This document shows, in pieces, positions 47,898 through 57,067 of a DNA stretch of 64,000 nt (position 1 is its first letter; every line of letters begins with the position of its first letter). A model generated the notes under the pieces. The model saw only the letters and a list, made by a program, of their open reading frames with translations. It ran no database searches and had not been told where the DNA came from. The stretch is taken from the IMG/VR virus record IMGVR_UViG_3300028591_005215, positions 160,001 through 224,000 of that record; one strand, given 5' to 3'. The DNA comes from a virus. Lineage: Duplodnaviria > Caudoviricetes. Made by a program: the position numbers and the translations under genes.

Positions 47898-47928
47898 TTT
47901 GTTTTTAACGTTTTTTAATATATATTTG
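47898..47928 (+). promoter_or_regulatory. Bacteroidota primary-sigma promoter
   Basis: TTTG(47898)-N19-TATATTTG(47921). Confidence 0.75.
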
Positions 47929-47975
47929 CAGCACAATTAAACAAAACATTGTTAAACATTTAATTATTAATTTTT

Positions 47976-48734
47976 ATGACAGAAAAAAATTACAAAGAAG
48001 AGAGATTTGAATTTGCATTGTACGTTAACAACAATTTGATTTGCAAGCGAAATTTTAAAATCAATAATTTCATTCCTCATAGTATGGAATCTTTAGATTT
48101 TAAGGAAACTGTAGACGAAATTGTTGCTACTATTGATGACGATTTGAAGTCTAAGAGTCGTGTGTACACTTGGTACTATGGTGATGTTTCAGGGACATCC
48201 CAAGAACCTCTCGATGAATTTGTAAAGCCAAAGCCTGAACCTTGGGAATGCACTTTTAAATTTGTTATTACTGATAACAAAGTGCCTGTAATTGAAAAAA
48301 TTTGGGATGGCGGTGTTTACCCTAAGACTATTAGAGATAAAGTAGATATCGCAAATAAAGTGGTAAAAATCACAAATAAGGATGGTAGGACTTATACCTA
48401 TGATAAAGAATCATTCTTTGAAAACAATAAGGATAGATTGTCACCAGAATTGTATTGCTTACAGGGTATGATTATGGATAAACAAGATTTACTTATTTAC
48501 ATTACAAAGAAAATTTGCGAAAATTGTTCACCACGTGAAAATGGCTTTAAAACTACAAGCGATTATACGTTTGTTGAACAGTTTGGCAATGATAAGATTA
48601 CCGTTAAAAACGGTGCTAAGTCTAAAGCCAAAAAATATAACTTCAATATTGATACTTACAATAGAAAAGTAGATTCTATTTGGGGTAAGGCAGTGGCTGA
48701 AAAAACTAAAGCATATATTAGTACACTTTATTAA
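47976..48734 (+). CDS. hypothetical protein upstream of the helicase
   Basis: 252-aa ORF, NNNLICKRNF..IWDGGVYP. Confidence 0.75.
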   Translation: MTEKNYKEERFEFALYVNNNLICKRNFKINNFIPHSMESLDFKETVDEIVATIDDDLKSKSRVYTWYYGDVSGTSQEPLDEFVKPKPEPWECTFKFVITDNKVPVIEKIWDGGVYPKTIRDKVDIANKVVKITNKDGRTYTYDKESFFENNKDRLSPELYCLQGMIMDKQDLLIYITKKICENCSPRENGFKTTSDYTFVEQFGNDKITVKNGAKSKAKKYNFNIDTYNRKVDSIWGKAVAEKTKAYISTLY

Positions 48735-48753
48735 TTTTTTACGGAACATATAA

Positions 48754-51261
48754 ATGACAGGACGTAACGAAAAAAAAGACTTAGGTTTTTTAGGTGAAGA
48801 CTTTCAGTATAAATTAGTAAAAGAACTTACTGATGACAAAGAACTTTTCAAAGATTTAAGTAGCGTCATTGACCAGAATATGTTCACTGACCCAAGGTTA
48901 AAAACTTATGTAGGTGTAATGAAGGAACACTATGGAAAGTATGATAGTGTTCCTTCATACGACATTATACAAACGCAATTGTTTGAAAAGTCACATAATG
49001 ACACTGAAAGGGAATTTTATGCTGCTACGGTTGATAAAATCAAGCATACACCTACTGATGGGGCTGAATATATTAGAGATACTGCAATAAAGTTTTTTAA
49101 ACAGCAAAATATAATAAAAACTGCAAATGAAATTTTAAAAATAGCAGGAAACGGTGATACAACCCATTATGATAGATGCGTAGAACTATTAAATAATGCA
49201 TTGAACACAGGTGTTCATAGTGACTTGGGGTCAGGTGTTTTTGATAATGAAGAAGAAACATTATCTGATGATTATCGTATACCAATTCCAACAGGAATCG
49301 AAGGCATTGATGATACACTTGAAGGTGGTGTTGGCAAAGGTGAACTTGGTGTTATTGTAGGCCCAAGCTCTTTTGGTAAATCCCAACCACTTGATGCTAG
49401 AATATTAACTCCAAATGGATATAAACTAATGGGAGAAATGTCTGTTGGTGATTATGTAATAGGTTCTGATGGCAAACCTCATGTTGTAAGTGGTATATAT
49501 CCTCAAGGCAAAAGACCAATATATAAAGTTTCATTTTCAAATGGCACTTCATGCGAATGCGATATAGAACATTTATGGAATGTAAGTTCTCTCTATCAAA
49601 GATGCAGTAAAAAATATGCTCCTGATAATTCATTTAAAACTTTATCTTTAAGAGAAATATTAGAAATAGGACTAATTAAAAAAGGCTCTTCAAGATATAA
49701 CTTCAAAGTTCCTGTGGTTAAACCGATTGAATTTGCCGAACAAGAAACTAAGTTTGACCCATATTTAGTAGGTTATTATATTGGTAATGGTTCTTTTAAA
49801 AGAGTTGAAATAACAGTTGAAAAAAACAATAAAGAATACGTTGAATCAATTTTGAAACCAATTTTAAATGAAGATTTACATATTTTTTATAGAGAAAAAA
49901 GAAACATTTATCAGTTTGATATTACAGGTCAAACAAAAAAGAATTTAAAAGAATGTTTTTCTACAGAATGCAAGACAGATGGTAAATTTATACCTAGAGA
50001 ATATTTGTTTAATTCCATCGAAAAAAGAATTGCTGTTTTACAGGGAATAATGGATTCTGATGGTCACGCAAACAATAATGGCTCTTGTAAATTTTGTAGT
50101 AAGAGTAAACAACTTGCATTAGATGTGCAATTTCTTGTTCGTTCCCTTGGGGGGGTTGCAAGTTTAACAGAATCAAGTCCTTCATATTTTTCTAAAAAAT
50201 ATAATAAGAGAATAAATTGCGGTAAACGTTATAGTGTTACTATAAGTATGTGTGATGACTCAATTCCATTATTTAGAATTGAAAGGAAGCAAACAAGAGT
50301 TAAATATCACACACGTGGGGCTGATGCTTTGTTTATGACAAACGCTGAATATGTTGGAGAAAAAGAAGCACAGTGCATAATGGTAGATTCTGATGAACAT
50401 TTATATGTTACAGAGGATTTCATTGTAACTCATAACACTTCTTTGACAACAGCAATTGCAGGATATGCATCAACGTATCCTTGTGAACAAAACAATTATG
50501 AAGGCTTTAAAGTTCTTCAAATAGTTTTCGAAGATAGAGTAAAACAAATTCAAAGAAAACATTTTGGTAGAATTACAGGTATTGAATCTAAAGATTTGGG
50601 AAAGCCAGAAAACTTAGCAACTGTAAAAGAGCAGCTTGCCCACTATGAAGGTAAAGAAATGATGGAAAATAATTTAAGAATTCTTAGATTACCAAGTGGA
50701 GAAAAAACTGCATGGGATATCGAAAGAATTATTAAAAGATTCATCAACAACGGCTTTAGACCTGATTTGGTTATTGTAGACTATTTTGAATGCCTTGCAC
50801 ATAGGTCAGATTCATCATCTACTGAATGGGAGCAAGAAGGAAAAACTATGCGAAAATTTGAAGCTATGGCAGGCACTCTTAATATAGCTTTTTGGATTCC
50901 ATTGCAAGGAACTAAAGAATCCGTTAATATGGAACTTGTAACTATGGATAAAGCAGGTGGCTCTTTCAAAAAGATTCAAATTGCACATATTGTAATGTCA
51001 ATAGCCCGTTCTAATGAAGATATTGCTGAAAATAAGGCAACTATTGCTATTTTAAAGAATAGAGCAGGCAAAGCAGGCAAAGTGTTCAATAATGTAGAAT
51101 TTAACAATGGTACATGTAGGATTAGTACTGCTAATTGCGATGATGGACTTGACTCAATGTTTGCTTTCGATAAAAAGCAGCAAAAAGACAGAGATAATTT
51201 AGCTGCTGAAATTTTTAAGAAATTTAAAACGGAACATTCGGCAAGAAATGCATCTAAATAG
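48754..51261 (+). CDS. dnaB: replicative DnaB/gp41-family helicase containing an intein (483 aa after splicing)
   Basis: IPTGIEGID..GGVGKGELGVIVGPSSFGK|TSLTT, PDLVIVDY, ILKNRAG. Confidence 0.93.
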   Translation: MTGRNEKKDLGFLGEDFQYKLVKELTDDKELFKDLSSVIDQNMFTDPRLKTYVGVMKEHYGKYDSVPSYDIIQTQLFEKSHNDTEREFYAATVDKIKHTPTDGAEYIRDTAIKFFKQQNIIKTANEILKIAGNGDTTHYDRCVELLNNALNTGVHSDLGSGVFDNEEETLSDDYRIPIPTGIEGIDDTLEGGVGKGELGVIVGPSSFGKSQPLDARILTPNGYKLMGEMSVGDYVIGSDGKPHVVSGIYPQGKRPIYKVSFSNGTSCECDIEHLWNVSSLYQRCSKKYAPDNSFKTLSLREILEIGLIKKGSSRYNFKVPVVKPIEFAEQETKFDPYLVGYYIGNGSFKRVEITVEKNNKEYVESILKPILNEDLHIFYREKRNIYQFDITGQTKKNLKECFSTECKTDGKFIPREYLFNSIEKRIAVLQGIMDSDGHANNNGSCKFCSKSKQLALDVQFLVRSLGGVASLTESSPSYFSKKYNKRINCGKRYSVTISMCDDSIPLFRIERKQTRVKYHTRGADALFMTNAEYVGEKEAQCIMVDSDEHLYVTEDFIVTHNTSLTTAIAGYASTYPCEQNNYEGFKVLQIVFEDRVKQIQRKHFGRITGIESKDLGKPENLATVKEQLAHYEGKEMMENNLRILRLPSGEKTAWDIERIIKRFINNGFRPDLVIVDYFECLAHRSDSSSTEWEQEGKTMRKFEAMAGTLNIAFWIPLQGTKESVNMELVTMDKAGGSFKKIQIAHIVMSIARSNEDIAENKATIAILKNRAGKAGKVFNNVEFNNGTCRISTANCDDGLDSMFAFDKKQQKDRDNLAAEIFKKFKTEHSARNASK
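49381..50436 (+). mobile_element. 352-aa class 3 intein with LAGLIDADG endonuclease, in the helicase Walker A
   Basis: GK|SQPLDARILTPNG...ECDIEHLW...YLVGYYIGNG...LQGIMDSDG...AQCIMVD..YVTEDFIVTHN|T. Confidence 0.93.
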
Positions 51262-51315
51262 TACAAAGTTTATTTTTTTAACGATAAAAAAAAAATAAAA
51301 AAATTTTTTAACGCA

Positions 51316-51357
51316 AAATTGGCTGTTCTAAGGGGATTAGCACAGCCAATTTTTTTT
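51316..51357 (+). terminator. intrinsic terminator
   Basis: AAAATTGGCTGT..CTAA-loop-TTAG..ACAGCCAATTTTTTT. Confidence 0.75.
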
Positions 51358-51474
51358 ATTTAATTTTTTAATTTGAATTTTATGAAATGTGCTTCTATTT
51401 ATTTCTACAACGTTAACGTGATAGAATATACAAGCAAAAAAATAATAAAATAAGAAATATATAAATAAAAAAGC

Positions 51475-51942
51475 ATGAAAGTTTTAAAACGTGATAAAAC
51501 CGTTGAAGAGTTTCAGATTGATAAGGTAGAAAAAGCGATACGTGCAGCTTTTGAATCTTTAAAAAAAACACCTGAATTAGATGCATTGGATTGTATTAAA
51601 TCAATATACAATGAAAATGAAGATATTGTGGTTGATGTTGAAGAAATTCAAGACAATGTGGAACGATGCTTAATGGGTTCAAATCCAGACGTAGCGAAAG
51701 CGTATATTATATATAGATATGAGCATAAAGTAATTAGAGAAAGTCAAAGCAAACTTACTAAGGGTTTACGTAAAAAATTATTGGCTGAAGATGTTCAGAA
51801 TCAGAATGCGAACGTTGATGAATATTCGTTTGGTGGTAGAATAGGTGAAGCAAGTAGATTAGTAACTAAGCAATATGCTCTTGATTATTGTATGTCAAGA
51901 AAATCAAGAAATAATCACCTTAACAATGAAATTTATATCCAT
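51475..51942 (+). CDS. nrdD: anaerobic ribonucleotide reductase NrdD, exon 1 (ATP cone)
   Basis: MKVLKRD ATP cone, NQNANVDE, ends NEIYIH. Confidence 0.9.
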
Positions 51943-53074
51943 AAGCTAAAAATTGTGGCATAAATCAGTAATGATTTATTGAAAACTGCGTGAACACATG
52001 ACTCATGTGGTGTGGGGGTGTACAAATTAAAATATCGTGATATTTATATATGTAAACCTGCTAACGGTATCAGCTAAATAAGGGGAATGAATCAACCACG
52101 AATACGCTGACTAAGAGAACTTACGGTCTATAATATGATAGATAGCAAGCAATACCGTGCTAAACTAAGTTTTTAATAAATTGAGGCATGAATAATTTTT
52201 ATGTATATTTTTGGTTCTATAAAAATACTGACGAAGTATTTTATATAGGAAAAGGTAAAGGAGATAGATTCTTAGAGCGTAAAGCTCATAGAAACGAATA
52301 CTTTAAAAATATATTAAATAAAGAAAGAGATAATGTAGATGTTAAAATATTCAAAAGTAATCTAACAGAAAAAGATGCATTTGAATTAGAAAAAAAACTA
52401 ATTAAAGAATACAAAGAAAAAGGGCAAGCAAAGGCTAATCTTCATGAAGGAGGTTGTGGTGGTAATACTGGTAATTACGATAATCCTGTAAGAAGTAAAA
52501 AGTTAAGTGATTTTGCTAAAAGTAGAGTTGGTAATAAAAACCCTATGTGGGGTAGGACCCATACAGAAGAAGTTAAAAAAAGACTTAGAGAAATTAATAT
52601 AGGTAAAAAATTAACTCAAGAACATAAGGATAAACTTATAAAAGCCAACACTGGCAGAGTAAAAACTAAGTCTGAGATTGAAAAACTAAGATTAGCAAAT
52701 TTAGGTAAAAAACTAAGCAAAGAATCCTACGATAAAATGATGGATAAAGATTGCCCATACCTATATGAAGTATTTTTTAATGGGGAAAAAATATATGAAT
52801 GTTTAGGTCATACTAAGTTGTTTAATTATTGTCGTGATAAGTTTGGCATATCAAGAACAATAATTGAACAAATCATCAAGAAAGAATGGAAGCCTAAATT
52901 TAAAAAACATCAAAAATTATCCAGCCTCAAAATATTAAAAACAGAAAGAAGTGTATCGACTAAAGGCGATGAGTGTAGCCTTGTAGGGTAGAAATGAGTA
53001 CTACTCGAAGTGCGTGGCATCCTAAAGAGGATGGTGAGATAGTCAGTTCAATATAGAAATATATTGAGTAAACG
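51943..53074 (+). mobile_element. group I intron 1 in nrdD (1132 nt)
   Basis: 5' site CCAU| pairs with UUGUGG (U-G wobble); P7 GACUA/UAGUC near the 3' end; terminal G 53074; splicing restores IYIH|DLD. Confidence 0.9.
52188..52991 (+). CDS. intron-encoded GIY-YIG homing endonuclease with NUMOD3-like repeats
   Basis: FYVY..VFYIGKG..R; AFELEKKLI; NLHEGG; NPMWGRTHTEEVKKRL. Confidence 0.88.
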   Translation: MNNFYVYFWFYKNTDEVFYIGKGKGDRFLERKAHRNEYFKNILNKERDNVDVKIFKSNLTEKDAFELEKKLIKEYKEKGQAKANLHEGGCGGNTGNYDNPVRSKKLSDFAKSRVGNKNPMWGRTHTEEVKKRLREINIGKKLTQEHKDKLIKANTGRVKTKSEIEKLRLANLGKKLSKESYDKMMDKDCPYLYEVFFNGEKIYECLGHTKLFNYCRDKFGISRTIIEQIIKKEWKPKFKKHQKLSSLKILKTERSVSTKGDECSLVG

Positions 53075-53866
53075 GATTTAGATTCATATGCAGTAGGTAT
53101 GCATAACTGTCTAAGTATTCCTATTGATGATTTATTAGCCAAAGGCTTCAATACAAGACAGACTGATGTTAGACCTGCTAATTCAATTAACACAGCATTC
53201 CAATTGTTGGCAGTAGTGTTTCAATTACAATCATTGCAACAATTTGGCGGTGTATCATACACACATCTTGATTGGTCTATTGTACCATATGTTAGAAAAT
53301 CATTTACTAAGCATCTACAAAATGGCTTAGTATATGTTGAACGTTTAAGTGAATATAAAGCAAATAGATTTATTAAATGGGTTCAGAACGATAAAGAAAA
53401 TCATCCTGACGGAACAATTCATTTTGATGATGAAGATTTTAAGGTAAAGCATGAAGATGCTTGGGAATATGCAATGGCAATGACTGAAAAAGAATTGTCA
53501 CAAGCAGTTGAAGGTCTTTATCATAATCTCAACACATTGCAGAGCAGAAGTGGAAATCAATTGCCATTCACATCTATCAACTACGGCACTTGTACATTGC
53601 CTGAAGGTAGAATTGTGACAAAAGCTTTATTGGAAGGCTCTATTAAAGGTGTTGGTAAATTCCATAAAACACCAATTTTCCCTTGTGGTATTTTCCAATG
53701 TATGAAAGGTGTTAACAGGAAAGAAGGTGACCCTAACTATGATTTATTTAAATTAGCACTAAAGTCTACTTCGCAAAGACTTTATCCTAATTATGTAAAC
53801 GTAGATTGGTCAGTTAATGAGGGGTATGATAGAAATGACCCAAGAACATATACTGCCACGATGGGT
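53075..53866 (+). CDS. nrdD: NrdD exon 2
   Basis: DLDSYAVGMHNC..QFGGVS..LNTLQSRSGNQLPFTSINYG..TPIFP..RLYPNY..ATMG. Confidence 0.9.
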
Positions 53867-54122
53867 AAGTGTAAACTACAGCTCATCGCAAAAATCTCTT
53901 GAACCACGCTCGTGGGTGTCCAGAAATGGGCTAACGGTTAGGTCTTTTTAAGATAAAGATGAGACCGTGTGAAGATTTATCATGATATTATGATAAATAA
54001 CATGTATCGACTATCCCTGATGAATGTAAGGGAGTAGGGATGGAGATAAGCACCATCCCCAAGCGGGAGACTACGAAAGTAGAAGATATAGTCAGTTCCT
54101 TTGGTGACAAAGGGTTAAAACG
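53867..54122 (+). mobile_element. group I intron 2 in nrdD (256 nt, no ORF)
   Basis: P1 AUGGGU/GCUCAU; GUAUCGACUA at ~54004 and AAGAUAUAGUC at ~54083; terminal G 54122; splicing restores MG|CRT. Confidence 0.9.
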
Positions 54123-55067
54123 TGTAGAACATATAATGGTTTTGATATTAATGGTATGGGTCAAATGAAGGACGGTAGAGGTAACTTAGCACCTGTAACT
54201 ATCATTCTACCTACATTAGCAATGGAAGCAGACTGTAATACTGATAAGTTTATGAAACTTTTGGATAAGAAAATTGGCGAAGCTAAAGATATGCTTATTG
54301 AAAGATATGAACTTATGTGTAGGCAAAATCCAGCATCTGCTAAATTTATGTGGGAAAATAATGTGATGTTTGGTTATGACCCTAAAGAAGGCCCTCGTTC
54401 AGCATTGAAACATGGTACATTAGCAGTGGGCCAAATAGCTTTGGCAGAAACACTTCAGCTTTTAATTGGTAAAGACCATACTACAGATGAAGGTATGGAA
54501 CTTGCTAAGAAGATTGAATCATTGTTTAATAAACGATGCAAAGAATTTAAAGAAAAATATAAACTTAATTTTGGCGTTTATTATACGCCAGCAGAAAATC
54601 TTTGCCACACTGCACTAAATAAATTTAAAGCAAAATATGGTGTTATCAAAAATGTTTCTGATAAGGAATTCTTCACTAATTCAATGCATGTTCCTGTATG
54701 GAAGGAAATGACTCCTTTCGAAAAGATAGACATTGAATCACAGTTAACAAATTATTCAAATGCAGGCTGTATCACTTATGTTGAATTACCTGCTTCAACA
54801 AAGAATAATATAGAAGCTTTGGAAACTATTGTTAATTATGCAATGGATAAAGACATACCTTATTTTGCGATTAATGTACCAAATGATACTTGCAATGATT
54901 GTGGCTATGTAGATGAAATGAATGATACATGCCCTATGTGTGGCGGACACCACATTTCTCACTTAAGACGTGTAACAGGCTATTTAACAGGTGATTATAA
55001 AACAGCCTTCAACGAAGGTAAACAAGATGAAGTAGAACATAGAGTAAAACATATTAAACAATTTTAA
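54123..55067 (+). CDS. nrdD: NrdD exon 3 (spliced product ~734 aa)
   Basis: CRT..GRGN..YYTPAENL..FTNSMHV..CNDCG..CPMCG..RRVTGYL glycyl-radical loop. Confidence 0.92.
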   Translation, partial: CRTYNGFDINGMGQMKDGRGNLAPVTIILPTLAMEADCNTDKFMKLLDKKIGEAKDMLIERYELMCRQNPASAKFMWENNVMFGYDPKEGPRSALKHGTLAVGQIALAETLQLLIGKDHTTDEGMELAKKIESLFNKRCKEFKEKYKLNFGVYYTPAENLCHTALNKFKAKYGVIKNVSDKEFFTNSMHVPVWKEMTPFEKIDIESQLTNYSNAGCITYVELPASTKNNIEALETIVNYAMDKDIPYFAINVPNDTCNDCGYVDEMNDTCPMCGGHHISHLRRVTGYLTGDYKTAFNEGKQDEVEHRVKHIKQF

Positions 55068-55071
55068 AAAA

Positions 55072-55560
55072 ATGAGAATTTGGAGTATTACTTACCCAGA
55101 TGTTAATAATGGATTGGGATGTAGAGCTACTTTATGGTTGGCAGGTTGTTCACATCATTGTGAAGGATGCCAAAATAAAAAAACTTGGGACTTTAAAAGT
55201 GGTAGAGAATTTACTGAAGAAGACAAGAGTAAATTATTTGAGATATTATCTAAACCATATATCAAAGGACTTACATTAAGTGGTGGCGACCCACTTGATT
55301 CCTTTGATGACGTGTTAAATTTAGTTAAGGAAATGAAAGAAAGATTTCCATCTAAAGACGTTTGGTTGTATACAGGTTATACATTAGAAGAGATACAAAA
55401 TTGTAATAAGAAAGAAATTTTACCTTATGTGAATTATTTAGTGGATGGTGAATTCCACATTAAAGAACGTGATATTACATTAAAATTTAAGGGTTCTAAA
55501 AACCAAGTAATATGGGAAAAAGATAACGAAGGAAATTTTATTAAAAGCGAATTAAATTAA
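55072..55560 (+). CDS. nrdG: anaerobic RNR activating radical-SAM protein
   Basis: DVNNGLGCR..GCSHHCEGCQN, GLTLSGGDPL, WLYTGY, LVDGEF, FKGSKNQ. Confidence 0.95.
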   Translation: MRIWSITYPDVNNGLGCRATLWLAGCSHHCEGCQNKKTWDFKSGREFTEEDKSKLFEILSKPYIKGLTLSGGDPLDSFDDVLNLVKEMKERFPSKDVWLYTGYTLEEIQNCNKKEILPYVNYLVDGEFHIKERDITLKFKGSKNQVIWEKDNEGNFIKSELN

Positions 55561-55562
55561 TC

Positions 55563-55591
55563 AAAGGTGAGCAGAAATGCTCACCTTTTTT
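55563..55591 (+). terminator. intrinsic terminator
   Basis: AAAGGTGAGCA-GAAA-TGCTCACCTTTTTT. Confidence 0.9.
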
Positions 55592-55613
55592 CTATTTATA
55601 TAAAAAGTGAAAT

Positions 55614-55940
55614 ATGAAAAAAATATTATTTATTACTTTGTTCGGGTTCTTTATAGGGTGCACTCCTAAAGAAGTCATGACAAATGATATTCCATTCGGA
55701 AGCTCAATGCGAAATGTTGTTGATAACCTTTTCACTGTAGAACAATTTGATTCTATTTGCGTTAGTGATAGTATTCCTTCTGATTTAAGTAAATGGCAAA
55801 AGCTACAGTATAGGGATTTTGAGACAGGTACAGGTACAACTGACTATTTGTTCATTAAACGTATCGGTCAGAATGAGCAAATATATAGGGTATCTAAAAC
55901 ATTAGATAAATATAAAGTTACAAAAAGAGAGGTGAAATAA
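55614..55940 (+). CDS. putative lipoprotein
   Basis: MKKILFITLFGFFIG|C signal peptide II / lipobox. Confidence 0.7.
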   Translation: MKKILFITLFGFFIGCTPKEVMTNDIPFGSSMRNVVDNLFTVEQFDSICVSDSIPSDLSKWQKLQYRDFETGTGTTDYLFIKRIGQNEQIYRVSKTLDKYKVTKREVK

Positions 55941-55948
55941 AAAATATT

Positions 55949-56575
55949 ATGAATTATGGGTTTGTACCATCTAAAATGGATGGAACTGAAAAAAAATTTG
56001 TTACTGTTGAAGGGTTAGATTTACCTGAATCGTATTCTTATGTTAATTTTTTGCCACCTATACTAAACCAAGGCGAAAGGCCTATTTGCGTACCTTGTTC
56101 AATATCAGCACATTTAAATTGGAATAAAAATGTTGATACTGATGGTGATAATAAAAGGGACAATAATGTTAAGTTACTTGATATTTATGCAAGTAGAACT
56201 ACAGGTGGGGATAATGGCATGACATTTAAAGATGCTTTGAAATATATTAAACACAATGGTGTACGTTCTGACGCAGGTGTTTTAAAAATTGATAAATATG
56301 CCTTAGTAGGTGGTGCTTTACAAATTAAACAAGCTTTATTGCTAAATGGACCACTTGTTGGTGCATTACCTGTTTATAGTACAGATAAATATTTCTGGCG
56401 TGATGAAGGATATTCATCTTTTATGGGTGGTCATGCAATATCAATAGTAGGATATGATAAAAATGGGTTGATAATTAGGAACTCTTGGGGTACATCGTTT
56501 GGTGATAATGGTTACACCCATATAAATTGGGATGAATTGAGAACATTTAAAGAAATGTGGACAATTATAGATTAA
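55949..56575 (+). CDS. papain-like (C1) cysteine protease
   Basis: NQG..ICVPCS, GGHAISIVGYD, IIRNSWG..FGDNGY. Confidence 0.9.
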   Translation: MNYGFVPSKMDGTEKKFVTVEGLDLPESYSYVNFLPPILNQGERPICVPCSISAHLNWNKNVDTDGDNKRDNNVKLLDIYASRTTGGDNGMTFKDALKYIKHNGVRSDAGVLKIDKYALVGGALQIKQALLLNGPLVGALPVYSTDKYFWRDEGYSSFMGGHAISIVGYDKNGLIIRNSWGTSFGDNGYTHINWDELRTFKEMWTIID

Positions 56576-56677
56576 GTGAATATTAATGCCTTGGGTATCA
56601 AAATCCAAGGCATTATTGTTTAATAAACACCATAAAATTATATAATTTAGATAATTATAGTTAATAAAAATATTACT

Positions 56678-57067
56678 ATGGCTAAAATTCAATATTTTGG
56701 TATAAAATACCCATTTACAAACAAAGATTTCCAAAAATTCTTTATGGATGTAAATAACGACGAAAAAGATAAAGTCAGAAGCCAAATAATGCACGTAATT
56801 TTTACACCAAAAGGACAAAGACTCCGTGAGCCAGATTTTGGCACTGATTTAATTAGATATATTTTTGAGCCAAACGATAATATAACATGGGATGGTTTAA
56901 AAAACGAAATAACTGATTCAGTACAACGTTATGTAGATAACGTTATTCTAAATGACATACAAGTAGCTAAAAGTGATGACGAAGCTAATGCAGTATATGT
57001 TAGAATAGACTATTCGGTTAAGCAAGGAAATAAATTATCAAAAGATAGTATTGTAACAGAATTATAA
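56678..57067 (+). CDS. baseplate wedge gp25/GPW-like protein
   Basis: GIKYPF..IFTPKGQRLREPDFGTDLIRYIFEP. Confidence 0.92.
   Translation: MAKIQYFGIKYPFTNKDFQKFFMDVNNDEKDKVRSQIMHVIFTPKGQRLREPDFGTDLIRYIFEPNDNITWDGLKNEITDSVQRYVDNVILNDIQVAKSDDEANAVYVRIDYSVKQGNKLSKDSIVTEL

Noticed and set aside
51475-55067. nrdD as a fragmented pseudogene
   Set aside because: Both breaks have group I intron hallmarks, and precise removal restores conserved motifs in frame
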